From contig CM119381.1 of NCBI GenBank assembly GCA_051294905.1, positions 18,662,001-18,726,000 of the forward strand: DNA of 64,000 nucleotides, written 5' to 3'. The notes under the pieces were generated by a model. The model was not told where the DNA came from. It made no database searches and saw only the letters and a program-made list of their open reading frames with translations. Origin of the DNA: Botryllus schlosseri. Lineage: Eukaryota. Position numbers and translations under genes: made by a program. Shown one piece after another: positions 1 through 14,860 of this stretch; the stretch's first letter is position 1, and each line of letters starts with the position of its first letter.

Positions 1-83
1 GTCATGGTTAAAAATGTTTTAATCAAGGGCCTTGATTTGAACATGTTTGTTTTAAATTGATTTTTGTTTTAAATGCAACCCTA
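1..83. mobile_element. Terminal fragment of a hAT-like MITE (same family as 17742-18283), cut by the window edge
   Basis: Ends in TGTTTTAAATGCAACCCTA. Bases 1-83 are an approximate reverse complement of ~17742-17840. Confidence 0.7.
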
Positions 84-732
84 GTCGTGGTCTACTCAAG
101 ACATAGCGTAAGTCACAATGTTGCTAAGCCCTGTACCAAACATTTTAAGAAAGTAGCCTACAACTCGTTTAAAACCAATTATATACGAAAACTAAGAATA
201 CTTTTTAAACAAAATCTGTTAAATTTGAAACGTACAATTTGGCGATATTTGACAGTATAATAGAATCTAACTAACAGCAAAGTCGCAGCTCTTTGAAAAA
301 GAAACCGAACAATTAAAATCGAGTTAGTGGTTTTAAACTGGATTTCGCGTTGCAGAAACTTCAATAGAACCATGTACCACGTGCAATACCACCAGCACCA
401 GCAGATTGAAGTGTCCAATATTGGCTTTTGCGTCGCATACATTTGTCGTGATTTCATTTTGGGCTAATGTGCATTTTGGGGGTTTACAGGTATGGAAAAT
501 TATTTGTGGAATTTTGCCTGTCCCCAAGCTAAATGAGATTGAAAACCAATGCTAGAGTACACAGTGTTCTTGAACCTTTTTGTGTTGAACACATAAGGTT
601 AATGTGGCGAATCGTGTACCCTTTTCAGCGCGGAGTCATTACCGTTGCCGTGGACATGAGCTGATATTCAAATAAGATCATCGGTTTCAACTGACTGCTG
701 GCTGCCAGATCTGCCAAGTTGGTCTTATAGTT

Positions 733-1035
733 CAGGAGTGTCAAACTCAACTGGCGTTGCGGCATGTTCCAAATAGCAACTAGAGTGAAACCACAATTCC
801 ACTGTCGGATGGTCATAATGTCGATTACAACGAACAACGAGCATGAACATATTCGACAATTGCTCTACTGAGGGATTATATGATGGAAGTATTTCTTACT
901 AAAAATCTAAGCATTTGTTAAAAATATATTGGGTAATATAGGCATTTTGAAATCTACTCAGAATTGCTTCGTGGGCCGGATAAAATCGTCTGACGGGCCG
1001 GATGCGGCCCGCGGGCCGTATGTTTGACACCCCTG
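733..1035. mobile_element. hAT/Charlie-like MITE
   Basis: TIRs CAGGAGTGTCAAAC ... GTTTGACACCCCTG. Subterminal CGGCCCGCGGGCCG. Eroded 8-bp TSD TTATAGTT/GTCTAGTT. Confidence 0.75.
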
Positions 1036-1937
1036 GTCTAGTTAATACTACATGGCTGCAGCGCCGCGCAGACCTGATGACGTCGTACTTCATAGCCTGG
1101 TTACTAAGAGAAGAGGTCAGCATCGGTCAGCGAACGTCACTAACAAGATATAGGCGACTGCTTTAGTGCGACAAGTTTCTTATGCACCCTGGTATACCCT
1201 TCCGTACTGGAGCACCCTAGACACCGTGCACACAAGTCGAAGAGCATTGGGGTACACTATAAAGTGTACAATGTACGTACGTGTACGTACACAATATGCA
1301 CACCAGGAGTCCCTTCTCATTTTCTGCCGTAATTAGGTAAGTTTGCCATTAAGTGCGATGTATATACGATTCATGTTCAATTTATAAATAAGGAAGCTTT
1401 TCTACACTGCTTAATTGATGGACACACGGATACCGATCGAGAACACTTAAAACAGTGGAATAGCATATTCAAATTATTCATATTGAAATGAACCCGAATA
1501 TTCGGGTTCAATTGTATATTGAAGTTCTGTACCCCCAAGAAGCTCTTCATGTAAAACAGTGGTTCTTGACCTTTCCCCTATTCTCACCGCGCTGAAAGCA
1601 CTAGCCATTTCTCATTCTCCATTTCGAACACTGTTTTAAAACTGCAACGACGAAAAAGTATGATGTTCTGATTTGTAAATAGACATTGTTTTTGCCTGAA
1701 GCAGGCAGTATAATCGTGCTACACAAATAATACAAATAGTTGGCAATGTCAACAGTACAGCAATTACGTTTAAAGTTAGTACTGGATGTGTTTCCAACTG
1801 ATAAACCTTACTTCTACTCTATGTGCGTTCATGAGTAACTCATATATAAGTCATAAACTTTCATTTGCGAACATAGTGCTGCATTAGGTGCCCTGGTAGA
1901 GTGTTTTACCAGCTTTTTCGGTAACACACATAACGAC

Positions 1938-2045
1938 TAGAGCGGGGCATGGACCGGATGGACTGGATATCCGACTGGATTTTTTTCAGTTTTGCCGGAA
2001 CCGGTATAAGATTATTTCTGATACGGATTGAGTCGGATTCGTACT
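1938..2045. repeat. MITE end fragment (TAGAGCGGGGCATGGACCGG family)
   Basis: The same terminus occurs in reverse orientation at ~34770-34838 (CCGGTCCATGCCCCGCTCTA), with CCGGA-type subrepeats. Confidence 0.5.
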
Positions 2046-2639
2046 TTTTGATAAGTACAGAATGGCTATTGATGCTATTGATGAGCACAACTGTTGTAAC
2101 TATAAACACACGCCAGTAGCCACCAACAGAAACGTATGTTCTATTCAAAACTGTAAGTTTTATTGTCATGTTTCTTTCGTTGCAATATTCAACAACCTTA
2201 ACCCGTACCGCATGTTACTGTCTTTGTAGTTTACCAGAATGGATCATCGTAGATGACTATATATGACTAATGACTATATTCAGTTCAAGTATGGTCCACA
2301 TTACGGTTGCGACTGCGAGTTTTGGCCCGCTGTGGACCACAAATGCCATGCTAATGACTACCACTCAAGTCGACGGGCAATACGGCAAGGAGAAGCAAAG
2401 CAGTTCAGCGAAGTTTGATCAATCACAGCGTTAAATTTCTTTATACCCTGGACTCCGTATCCGTGTATCGTATCCCCCTTTTGAAGGCATCTTCGGATAT
2501 TTCAGACCGCATAAGTGAGCATGACATTTGTAGCTACTTGCATCATGTCACTCAAGCGTAGTTACAAAAACTAGACTTGACGATATTTGCCCATATGCCT
2601 GCTTCGCAGAGATGAGCCTCTTCTTTACTTCGCCTAGGC

Positions 2640-3840
2640 CAGGGGTTCTCAGCCCTTTCTTGGCAGTGGCCCATTTTCCGATTTGAAAATGTGCTGTGGC
2701 CCACCTCTTATCTTGGAGTCATAATCCTGTTCAATGCGCGGTAATCAACAGCGGCGATATGCCTATTTCTCTAAAATATGCGCATTTTTCACTTAATTTA
2801 CTGATGATATTTAATACTACACATCCCGGGACACGAAATCACGCGAAGTGCGACGAAATTATTCAAGTTGAATAAATATGCTCCAACAAACGACCAGCGA
2901 AATAATCTAGGGCCCCTTCGAGCTCCCCTAATTGGGGGTATGGGTGCAGCATTTACAGCCTGGCAGATCATGGGTCAAAACTCCCGAGTATACTATGATC
3001 GTCCGCTGCACCATTCGCGTCGCAAAACACAATGATCAAATCCCCGCATCCACTGGGTGTCTGGGATTTTAGTTCCACTATTGTGGGGAATATTATAATC
3101 ATTCTGGGCCAGCTTCAAATATTTCATTGCTGAATGGGTTCTACAGAAAGCTTTTTTTAATATGCATGCTGTACGTGTACAATGTACAATATATGTCTTG
3201 TACCAAAACAACTGAAGTTGCGATGTCAGAATATTCAATCCAATAATACAATCAATTCATGAGACTCTTACATTATGTAGGAGGGCAGGACATTTTAAAC
3301 CGACTCCAAAGAATAATGCGCTCCGTTAAATCCTCAGTCCATTACGATTCGTTGCGGTGGTGCAGGATACCTCCACCAGAATTTGCAATTATGGCTATTT
3401 TTATCTTACAATAATACGACCTGCCGAAGTACAGTAGATCTATACATCAATTACACTTCATTGCGAGTTCATTGCATACCCCTTACAACGGCATACGACA
3501 CATTAACCTGCCCGAATACTTGTTTACTTCAGCATTACCTTCCATTTATTATATACTCAAAATTATTTTTGTTACTGTTAGCCGTTGGTTGTCATAGCCA
3601 GTGGGAAAAGCCGCCTTTTCTCTTTAACGTTTTCGACTTGTACATGCTGACTCCATACGTGCCACTACATTTAATTAGAGTCGGATGAAAAGTTTTATGT
3701 AGCCTACTCATAATTAGATAATATATGTCGTAGCGATTAACATAACAAATATAACTTAACTTACATTAATTCTGAAATTTTCTAAATAGCTTTGTGGCCC
3801 ACCTCAAATGCTCCTGTGGCCCACCCTTTGAGAACCCCTA
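2640..3840. mobile_element. Non-autonomous hAT element inserted into a LINE 3' UTR
   Basis: TIRs CAGGGGTTCTCA ... TGAGAACCCCT, subterminal GTGGCCCAC motifs. The flanks rejoin into the LINE tail sequence seen intact at ~30440-30460 (CGCCTAGACCAAGGTGGG). The right TSD copy is partly deleted. Confidence 0.7.
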
Positions 3841-3976
3841 GGCCAAGGTGGGTGTCTGATCTTAAAGACTACTCCAAGTGTTTCGACACCTTCCTATCTT
3901 TTCATTGTATCGCAGTTTTGTGGTGTTTTGAAAAGATGAAAATAATAATAAAACTGATTGATTGATTGATTGATTG
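3841..3976 (+). mobile_element. LINE (L2/CR1 group) 3' tail fragment with (ATTG)n end
   Basis: Aligns by eye to 30447-30580 (GGTGGGTGTC..GACTACTCC..CGACA..TTTTCATTGTATCGC) and ends in an ATTG microsatellite. Confidence 0.7.
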
Positions 3977-3979
3977 AGC

Positions 3980-4321
3980 AATTGAGCATGGATTAGGATT
4001 AGAGATTTATTTATGAATGGATTAGGATTAGGGTTGGATTTACCTATTTTTGGAAGATTGATGTCCTGTGGCAAATGGCGACAAGGTTTCTCAATCCTAC
4101 CAAAGTTACTTCATGTGTTTTGGCACTCATTAAGCGTTTTCTTTGTTTTCACAGAATTATAGGCATAAGATGTAGGCTTTCTACTTGGAATTCCAAGTTT
4201 GAATCGGATTAGGATTGGGATTGGAATACACAATTTCTTTGGATTAGGTTTAGGATAAGGATTTGAAGCTTCGGATTTGGATTGGATTAGGACATAAAAA
4301 TTTCAAATTCGCTCATCTCTG
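3980..4321. repeat. GGATTA/GGATTG-rich MITE-like repeat
   Basis: Clusters of GGATTAGGATT units near both ends, terminating in GCTCATCTCTG. A related end lies at ~21430-21560. Confidence 0.45.
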
Positions 4322-5449
4322 CTGCTTCGGTTGATAGACTAGTCGTCAGACTCGTCACGCTTCATGAGACATCATGAAACACAATCAGACCCGAGTGCTG
4401 CATACCGCTCTCGTCAGCTGGGGCCTTGCAGCGCTGTTTTTGGTACAAATCTATAATATGATTGCTAGTCTTATAAAACCTAAGCGAAGACTCCATGAAA
4501 CAACGGAGTGAACTGGAAACACTCCACTATACGTACCAGGCCGTAGAACCTATTTTATCGAGCAGTTGTGATGAAGTTAGTGAGGAATGAATTCAGCAAT
4601 ATTTCTTTAGATATGACGCCTGTAGCAAGTAAACGACAACTTTTCGGTCTGATGTGTCCTCTGCGGTAATAGGAAGGAGATTTAGCAAAGGCATATAGAC
4701 GAGATTCATATCTCCGAAATTGGTTGTTTGCATACGCAGTTTCTATCTCACGAACAGACTGTAAGGACTTTGAAACAATCACAAAGTTCACCTTCGACCT
4801 GTGTTGATCGCTTCGTTTGCCTCGGGCTTTAAACATCTTATCTCGTATCATAATTTGCGTACGACTGCTGTACCGGTAAATATATATACCATCGTCTTAA
4901 CGTAATGAGCAAGCCATGCGGGCTATTCATGGTTTGTAGCGCCGATCACTGTTATTTCGAAAATTCACCACCATCCACCCATGCATATTGCATATGCACA
5001 ATTGCACATAGACGACTAACATTCATAAATCGGCGCAACGTATATATACAAACATACGGCGTTTGTAACACATAATAACTTATTTCTCACTATATGACAA
5101 TGTAAAGCTGAACGTAAGATCAATAAAAAAGCATATCCGAACTAGTCGGTCGGGTTCGCGAAATAAAAAGATTCAACCTTTACAAATTAAAATTCTGCAT
5201 AGACGTTCAACCAGCGTCGATATATACGTCTGGTGCGAAGCGAGTAAAAAAAGTTACACATGATCAGTAATTCAGTTTACTTCTAACTTCCAAGATACGG
5301 GAGGATGATTGAGTCTGAGTAGGTAGGCTACTTGGCGTTCAAAAACACCAGCAGCAATTATGAGGGAAATATCGAAGAGCGTTACGAGTCAGTCCCTACA
5401 AATAAATTGCCTGTATTATTGATAAGTCTGCTTTGCGCAACATACCACG

Positions 5450-5560
5450 TTACTGTTGTTGTTGTTTCGACTATACTTTTGTCAATTTGATCAGGCCGAT
5501 ATACCTCGTTATAATTCCTGAGCAGCCGACTCTTAGCACGGCCCACTTTTGTATTACTGG
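5450..5560 (-). mobile_element. SINE family A, 3' fragment
   Basis: Reverse complement reads AAAAGTGGGCCGTGCTAAGAGTCGGC..ATATCGGCCTG, matching the 3' half of 30703-30983. Confidence 0.55.
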
Positions 5561-8500
5561 GGTTGCGTCAAGATTTCGTCTGAATGAAATTGTAGCATGG
5601 ATTAGATTTTGCCTTCGTCGGCCGCTGACGGCGTATTCTAATTGATTTTATTTTGGATCTATTTTCACATTATCCAATTGCACCATCACCGCAATTTCCT
5701 CCCAGTTCCTGCAGCTTCAAGCGTTTCCATTTGCGTTAATAACATATTCCTCGCACACTAGAGACACAGCTTGCCAGTGAGGATATCAATCTGTTTTGTA
5801 TGCGATTGGATATTGTGAGTCCTCATCACTCCGTCACATTTTCCAGGTCCTACCAAAAATGAACGGATCCTTCATATGATCATCGACCAATCTAATAATT
5901 TTTTACTATGATTGTGGCGAGAATCCGGGTCGTTCGGCAATGAGTGACTGTTATCGACTCTACTGTCTTCATTATTCTTTCCTCCATTTCGCATCATCCC
6001 ATACTGTTCCGATCATATAGTTGCGCTTCGTGTCGGTCAAACGAAGTATGATGCGTGGACTTCATGGTAATTATCGTGTAATCCATCTGATGTAAACCGA
6101 AATGATCCGGGACCTGATATTGAATTGAAGCTTTCGGAAATTCGGAATAGTGTGTCGTTAAGTTATAGGCCTGTGCGCTGTGCAGGATCCATTCACTATA
6201 CATGTGATATTATTTTAATTGCTTAAAAAAGGAATAAATTTAAAGGTATTAGCATAGCGTATCATTCAAATGGTCCAATCAAGGTACCAATCGAGCTTAA
6301 ATACTCATCTTACTTTCTTTGAGTGATTTGAGTAGTGATCGTGACGTAGCACATACTATTTTACATTAATCGATAGAGTACTTCGAATACGTTACAAAAC
6401 GGGTACCAGTATGGGGTTGAATAGTCTCAATATACCCAAATTAACAAACCGCTTCCGAATTTGTTGACGACACTGTCTACGACTGTTTGACCACAGTATA
6501 ATTTTGATCTTACCCAGCGTCTACGAACCCGGATTTACGATTCCTCAGAAGCCGGACATGACTAGATCTAACTGCATTGTGTTATAACATTCCCGTTATA
6601 GTCATATCCAGCTATATTAGTAAATAATCCGTTGTTAGTTATGTTATATGGTACGCCTTCCTATCTGTATGGTATTTTAACTGTTAATGCTATACTTGAT
6701 GTTGGTGGCTGTCGCTCGAACATCCGCATGTAGTTCGTTCCAAAGTATATTCTTTGAAAAGATGATAATCATACAGTCATATGGTCTACCGTTTAGACTC
6801 TACCATATCAGAAGATATCTGTTATGTAGATGCAGTACACCGGCAATTGTATTGATTATTTTCTGCGGTCAACAGCACACTGCAACCACGGGAATTACGA
6901 CAATACATGGTGATTGTTAAAACCTTGGAACCTTCTTTTGTTTCGGGGATAATATAGTCTATAGAACTTTATAGATCTATATATCTCTGTACATCCCGGC
7001 TATAATTACGAGTATGGCTCGACCGGAATATATTGGGAAAATTAAGTAGATATTATGTAAGCATATATACATAAATAGTTGCCTTATTGTTTAGACTCGA
7101 GGATACAAATCCTCGACTCGTATATTATTCTTTCTTCCGATGGCCTACTTGGGGGCGCCTCGCCTCTCTTCGAATATTTATCGCGGTACGTAATGTAACC
7201 TCGCATGACCTTCTAATTTTTCCTTCGCGAGAGCGTTCCGCACAGTTGTTGAGTCTGTGACGAACGGGTTTACTGGTTTGTGTGAGTTGGATTATTTTTC
7301 GTATTCACGGTCTGGGGCAAGCGGCGAGCGATAAAAAGTTGGGCGAGCGCGGTATTGTTCGAAATTGGTAGGAGGCAATGCAGTTTGTTTTCGTAGCGAA
7401 TGAGTCACCGAACGAGAGCCGGTGAATATGTGGTTTTACGTAAATTCGCAGAATCGAGTTACCCTGCTATGTGAAACTGCCTTGTAGCGCAGCGAGGAGT
7501 TCATGCGTCGCACAAGTATATTTGAGAGGATCATTCAACCCATGCCAACTCATCTTGGCCCATCATGCTCTGTGCAACGCCTTGAATGCTGCCAGTCTAG
7601 AACAATATGCAGGTAGTTACGAGATGCGGAAATACATTGACTCGTGTAGGCTTTCCTCAGTCGTAATATTTTTCTCAGCATGTTATCATTCTCGACGGTG
7701 CACGGTTGCTTTTGTTACTAGAAATGTCGAATTATGTTCAAAATGTGCTCAGCGACGAATATCACAACGTAAAATTTGCAATGCCACTCAAAATGAGTGT
7801 GTTGAATTTCCTTGCCAATGTTGCTGTGAAATATGAGTAATGTTTAGGTATTTTATTCCTGTTGGATAAGCACGCGTCTGTGAAGTCAAGACCATAAATA
7901 AATACTTGTGTAGACTGGAGCGGTCGCGGATATGAATTTAGAAGAGTTAAGAAATGAGTAGATCACCACAGGAGTTGATCGCCTAAAATATTTCCAGGGA
8001 CATGCATGGCATCACGCAAACTCCCGCACAGTCTATATAGACTGGAGTCAAATCGCGTAGAAATTGTCGGAACGAAGGCGAGGGATGATAACTTTATGTT
8101 CAGTCTTTTTCCGTAATAAAATGTTCAGTGATTGACGAAAAATCTTCGAAAATACTTCATTTAAAACTACAATAAATCAGCCAACGCTTCCGTCATTGCC
8201 GCATCGCGAAAAGTTGCACACGAAATCTCCGCGTAGCGATACCGTATTTAGAGACCAAACGAAAGATGAAATGATCGCGCCTGGATATCTCATTTCGATT
8301 CTACGAGGTGATCGTAATATAAAGACAACTACATTCCGCACGCGTGAATCATACGCAACAAGGGACCGACATAACGCAGGTCAGATTTGTTTGCGTGACC
8401 TAGATCGCTGATAAATTCGTACCATCGAACAGGTCGCCGATATACATTTGACTATCAATGGAAACTGAATCTTGCAGACATGAAAAGTTGAGCACATGCT

Positions 8501-11500
8501 ATCGTTGCCCGACATTTGAGCATGCGACTCAATGAAAAACGATCTGTAATGCGGACCTGCACAATGCACATGCACATTTTCGAGGATATGTACTCGGGTT
8601 AATCACCAGGGCCGAACAAGCGCGTTCTGTCACAAGACCTAACTGCCACGATCTTCTAATTGCACTAGTTGCGGCGCATCTAATGGAGCTTATTTTTCCG
8701 CTGCTGTGTTTGCGTTCCGTACAATGATTCAAAATTTACGAACTGACGAGACTCATTCCCAGCCTGTCGACTCATCTCTCATTGCGAGACTCGTTACGCT
8801 TTGTTACGTCATCCGTTTCATTGCTGCTCTGCTGTAAATTGCGTAACGGGTATCATTAGGACATCCTTGAAAGTTCAATACAGATATGGTCTCGGCGGTT
8901 AGATCTTCGTTGAGACTTTAGTTGGCCTTCCGGAACCGAAGCATCAATAGTTTTGCCGTATATGCTACAAAAATGTGGTAATGTATTCATCGCATAATAG
9001 AGAAATCACTGTTTTCAAACGTACAGGCTGGGTTAGGAAAGATTATTGCAGCAATTGCGAGAGTCCAATAGTTGCATGTGCTGACTTCGAATCGCGAAAG
9101 ACGGGATCAGAGAGAGTCACGGATTAGGGATTGGTTCAACTGCTTCATTCAAGACGGAATGTAGCATGTAGGAGTTACGGTAAAATTGCGGAAAAGCACA
9201 GGAGTAATATCTATTAGAAAATAACAGTGATGCTTGCTTCGTTATCTTGTTTGTTATCTGGAATTGTGGAAATGTCTGATTACCAAATACTTACGTGTGC
9301 TTAAATTCTACCATATTGTGGAGCGTAGGATCGAGTCATTTTACAAGTATTGTTTGTCGCAGCGGCATAAAACCATCTTTAGCAGGAGACCCACTATCGT
9401 TCTCAATCACCAAAGGCTGTGATTACAGAAAGATTCATTTGTATACATCTCAACCTGCCTTAAGTTATTAGTTATATAAACTTATGTCTAATTATTATTT
9501 TTGGATATATCTCTGTTTGCGGTTACCATGAGAGCAGTCAAGCGGAAACATGTTTCCACTATTTCAAATGCAGTTCTCCGCCTAACTGAGAGCGGAATAG
9601 CACAAAAGAATTGTATAGGCGACGATTATGTTGTCGCGGACGCACTAACGTGGGACTTGTTGTCTAGATCAGAATTACCTAGTTGATAGCAAGAAACTGG
9701 TATTTCAAAACCTTGCCAGTGTTTTGACGGATAAAATATCATTATATATTGATGTTCCATTTGCCGGTTGTAACGCGCAAGAACAAGATATGACGTCTTG
9801 AACAAAAGGATACGCCACTACATCACTCGGGGTGTATAATCATCCCCACGTAACCGGGATATTTATTTTTGCACGGGATATACCGGACTATTGATGTCAA
9901 CTAGCTCCGGCGATCGCCAATAACAGAAGGTGGTATGAAGCGCAATGGCTCGTCAGAAACCTTAGCAAACGATGACGATTCCAGTGCTAAAAGGTAGGTG
10001 CATAGTAAAACTAAAGTGTGTGTTTATGATTGCTTGATATTTAAAAGAGCATGGTCGGCTCATTCGGTTGTATCCGCATTGAGGTGGTATCAGATTATTT
10101 TGGACCGTGACTGTTCTGAGATTCGCATTGAAGATGGCAACACAACACCGATTCCGTCGCTGTAACATTTGTATTGCGTTCCCACTACGATGACTCATCC
10201 CAGCTTCATAATGGCACACAGCGACATACGCCCTTCATACAAATGTCGGCCAGAATAACTGTCACCATGTGATACGTAATAGCTCCCGATTTTATAGCTT
10301 ACAATGTAGTGGTTGCGGTGACATGGAGGCATTGTTTTTCGCGGTTCTTGTGTCCAGTGCTGTTTATGCTACAAGAGACCGAATATAGGGCTTAGTATAA
10401 ACTACATTGACTCGATAAACCGATTGCTGACCTCTTTAAATTGAGAACGAATCTACAAGACTTAAGATCATATTGTACAGAGTACTTATTACTGGGCTAC
10501 GGCAACAATTTTAGAATCAGCATGTGTGTGTGAAAGTTTCAGAAGACGCTTTCCACATATATGGAAGTTCAACGGTTAATCTTGATGGGGTTTACGTGAT
10601 TGGCTTGTCGAACGCACACTCCGTAATATTCCTAACTAGTTGTATCTTAATTTCGTAATTATATTAGAACGTGTCCGATTGTTCGTGGTTGCATAATGCA
10701 TATGGATAACACAATAGCTACTGCCATATTGCACACTACAGTCCAACAGCATTTGACAGGGAAAGGCATTCTTTTTTCTGTCAAGCTGCCTTTCTGCGGT
10801 ACCGGTATTGGTACGCTGGTCGCTGGCGCTTTAAATCAGGCCGTACTGTGTTGAAACAGGCGAATCCATTTACACCGATAAAGGATATCGCGTTTCAATC
10901 TGAAGAGCTATTTAAATACCGCAACAACGTGCGCGCGCAATTAGAATCCTGGCATCTGACGATGCCTGTATCGCCTCTCACTGGCTGAATATTGATGAAT
11001 AGTCGAGAATAGAGACCCTGAGACACTATATTTTGTATCCCTCAATTTACTGCAAACAGGTTTAGAAGAGTTATTGGAATTGGACGTACTCAATTTTATT
11101 CAAAAGATTTCCATATCTCTTGTGATCATTCGTCGCTCTCTTGGACACAATATGTGACTGAAGTTCAAATCTCCAAGAGTTATAGGCTCCATAGCGCAGC
11201 ATGGGTCGAGTTGGGTCGGATGTATTTTAGGCATCATCGTCAGTTGCCGACCTATGCTGAGCTTCATCGTTCCCCACATATTGTCGTGTGACCATAGTTT
11301 ATGCGTTATAAGCCGTTTCTAGAGTGGATTGATAATTACATGGTAACAGAAATCCGAAATCGATAAATCATCACATCCTTTCACCAAACTGAGCGATCAC
11401 CTGTATTGTCGCGCATAAAATATTATGCTATTCATCATTTCCTAACTAATGGGTTAACTACATTGAATAGTCTTTTTACTCTTTGTATACCGTATAGATT

Positions 11501-14500
11501 ACAGTCTCTACCAGTAAAGTTCGAATAACATTCACTGGTGAATTTCGTACCGTGCTAACTTTCGCACTTTCAGAGCCACTTGGACTAAATTTCTGCTAAG
11601 GTTAATTGCCTTTTATTTTGTGTCTCACCATAGCAGATTGTAAGTGGTCAACGCGATTACCCGAGATATAAATAGCTCGATTACTGATATCCTTTATTGT
11701 CAGCTCCTTAATTAAGCCACGCTTGGAAAATCGGATCGACATCGAAGCTGCGAATAGCGCATGGTGCTAGCACACGCTCACATTCCTTATACCACCGTAT
11801 ACAATATACATACATTCTGAATCCCGGTCGCGCAGCATAGTCTGCATAGCATCTATTTTGTGACCGAAATGTCTTTCTGAACGATTTTGTGAAATGTTGA
11901 CTATGTTGCACGCGTGGATACTTTGGGGAAATACTAACATAATCTATCCGTCCTTGTGTAATGTCACAAAACCAATGCCATTATGACCTAATATCTGCAT
12001 CACCGATTCATAATTACCACGGCTGAGGAATGGATGGGTCAAAGCACTTCAAATAATGAAGACTACCGTGCCGCAAATCCACGAATGATGACAGACTTTT
12101 AAAACAGTATTATTTTACAAATATTACACAGCGATATTCGACTATTCGAGCATCTCATTAAAACGGTAGGCTTTGTCGTCAATAAAACGAACTGCAGGTA
12201 ATCCCATATGCATTGTTATGGATATCAACATTTCGATTCTTGCTGCTCACCCCTGCGCAAGAATTAGGGAGATGCTCTTGAAGAGTGCTCTCGGCCGACT
12301 CGGGCAAAACCAAAGCAATGTAATTACGTCACAATTACTACGACTTAGCCAGTCGTAGTACGTCCAGTTCCCGCATACAGATGTTACGGTCGAGCTTTGA
12401 TTTTCTTCATGGACTAGTTTTCTTTGACTTCGGCTATTCCACTCGGGTTCTCTTCATATATTTGCATTTCAATCTCCCGCGCGTGGTTCATTTGTCAGAT
12501 TTACCTAGTAAACTGTTCTGTTCGCGTCTAGATAATTATCAAACTCTTAATCACTTCCTGAAGTTTCAGGTATTCTTTCGGTTGTTCCTATGACGACATG
12601 CTTGATCCCACTTGGGCACTTCACTGCATGGAGTGTGGTCACATTTCGGTCATCATAATAAACTACGTAAGGTTTTATTGTTCTCGCGCGGTCGCGTCGT
12701 TACATCTTTCGTAATAGTTTGTTAAGAGTGCTGGCGCCTTTGCAATGCTGTCTTTGCACAACCGCGGCAGGATAGTATTACGATGGTCGGTTAATTATAT
12801 GGTTGTTTGAGATGGATTAGATACAGAATACTGGTTTCACAGCATCGACGAATATATATATGTCTAGAACCCATCGGAGAATAAAGGCTTTGTATTCGGT
12901 GTCAATCGACATTTCACAGGCTATTGAACCACTCCGTGAGTCACCGTAGATATTTAGCCTTTGCTGATAGCTGTCTGTTGCTTGCTCAGTGTCAGTGATC
13001 CCATTTGACAATTGTGTACCCACACAACGTCTATATTACCCGCCGTGGGGTTTGGCTTGTTTACGATGACCGTGGACGCCATTGTCTAACTTACTCGTGA
13101 CGCCAGTTTCCTGGAATAATGCGTATTTTTCGTAAGTGTTCGATGCAGCGCGAGTACAGTGAACACTGCGTAATCATAATCGAGACGATCTCGTAACGCT
13201 GTCGGTGTTTCCGACGCGATGGCTGACGGTACCCGACACCGTATTTCAAAACAAACTTCGCCTCGTTAGTTGCCGTCTCGCAGTCTAGCTGATTCTAATG
13301 AGGGGGTAGCATGTAGGTTACTTGTAGTATGATGAGCAGCTGAGAGACTTCTTAAGAATCTGTGTGTACGGTATCACGGATTGCTACATAGAAAGGCGAA
13401 GGTGTAGATGACAAGCTGACTAAGTATGCGGTTGTAGGTAGATACACCACGGTATTGAAGAGGAGTACCAATACTGTTTCTTGGTAGCTATATTTTAGCC
13501 ATAACTGCTGATATTCTACCGTGGGCGCTTTAAAGGCAGGGGGTCGAATTGTTGCCGAGCTTAGGTGTACTACGGACAGCTTACCTAACAGGCCAGATGA
13601 AATATGATGAAAATGTACGAACGCTGACCACTGACCAGTTCCCAACACCTGAAGATTTTCACACGCTAAACTAAACAAGATGTAAACTGATTTCGGCTGG
13701 TCAGTGGTCACTCATTTCATACCTGTCTTTATTTGAAGTTTAAGAAGCTTAAAGGTATCTCGGATTAATTTAAAACACGATAAGACTGAAAATTAAATGC
13801 CTCTGTAAACATGACAGATTCAAGGAACTTTAAATTCAAAACTGTGAAATAGCTAATCGTATTCTAACGTCGAAACATTAACCAAAAGTCTTGTCGCACT
13901 TATATGAAACGGTTTTCATTGTGACAAATGGAATTTAGTAGGCTCATGCTACAGACGACTTGCCGATAGTAATGCAGCAAGGGTGATACTGAGATTAGGA
14001 CTTCCCTATATCGAACAGGTGCGGCTCAAATGCAGTGGTGTTATTTTACTGGTTCACCTTGATGGCAGCTGGCGAGCGTCATATATTTCTTTTCTGGCGT
14101 AAGCTGCGGGGGCTCCATGAAATTTGACCACGGCCAGACTTTGATCAGGGTTGTGATAGTATTGCCATGTTGAAATTTTGTTCCCATAAACTTTTATGAA
14201 ACATCTGATACTTCGATCTTCTTATTTAAGTAGAATCTCAGTCTGCTGGATATCAAGCATGTGCTATTAGGCGAATCATAAAACCAATCACCATGCCAGT
14301 CTATGAGGTCGGTCAATGTTTGACTATTGAAAGTATGCAGCATGTTGTCATTGGTGTGGCACTGTGACAATATTTATGCGCATCGCGCGCGTACGTGTGA
14401 ACCTGTAACGCAATATGCCTACTACCGTTTGACATGCTCTGGTTTGTTTGATTTATGTTACTATTCTGTGTTTAGATTCCCAGAATTTTGTGAGTTGGTG

Positions 14501-14639
14501 ATACGACTTGACAAATGACCTATTAAACATTTTTTGTCGTCTACTTGTCCATGCGGGGCTGATAAAGTAATTCGCCCGTTATTCTAATCGTGTGATCGTT
14601 TTACAATGACACCATTCCCGACACCGACACCATTCCCAC

Positions 14640-14860
14640 TCCTTGACTCCGACTGGGGTTAACTTCACAATCTCTTTTGTGTTGGAGGTTTATCTCGGTT
14701 CGTCAGCGCCCGCAGATCCCATAAGCGGTGTCTTACAAAAACGAAGAACGAAGTTGGGCCATGCCATAAGTCGACAGAATCATGGTAATAACGGCCTGGT
14801 GTAAAAGATTGACCAAATGACCATAGAACTCGAAACGCCATAAATATTGAACAACAACAA
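14640..14860 (+). mobile_element. SINE family A copy (degenerate)
   Basis: GGAGGTTTATCT..GGTGTCTTACAAAA..GGGCCATGC..AAGTCG..CGGCCTGGTGTAAA..(AAC)n tail. Confidence 0.6.

Noticed and set aside
5880-6160. Minus-strand peptide SFRFTSDGLHDNYHEVHASYF resembling the end of a CUB domain
   Set aside because: It is bounded by stop codons, there is no rest of a CUB domain, and the only rescue is an implausible 39-bp intron.
13352-13711. 119-aa minus-strand ORF with exon-like splice signals (GVGNWS or VLGTGQW frames)
   Set aside because: No recognisable family, ambiguous frame, and no supporting neighbouring exons.
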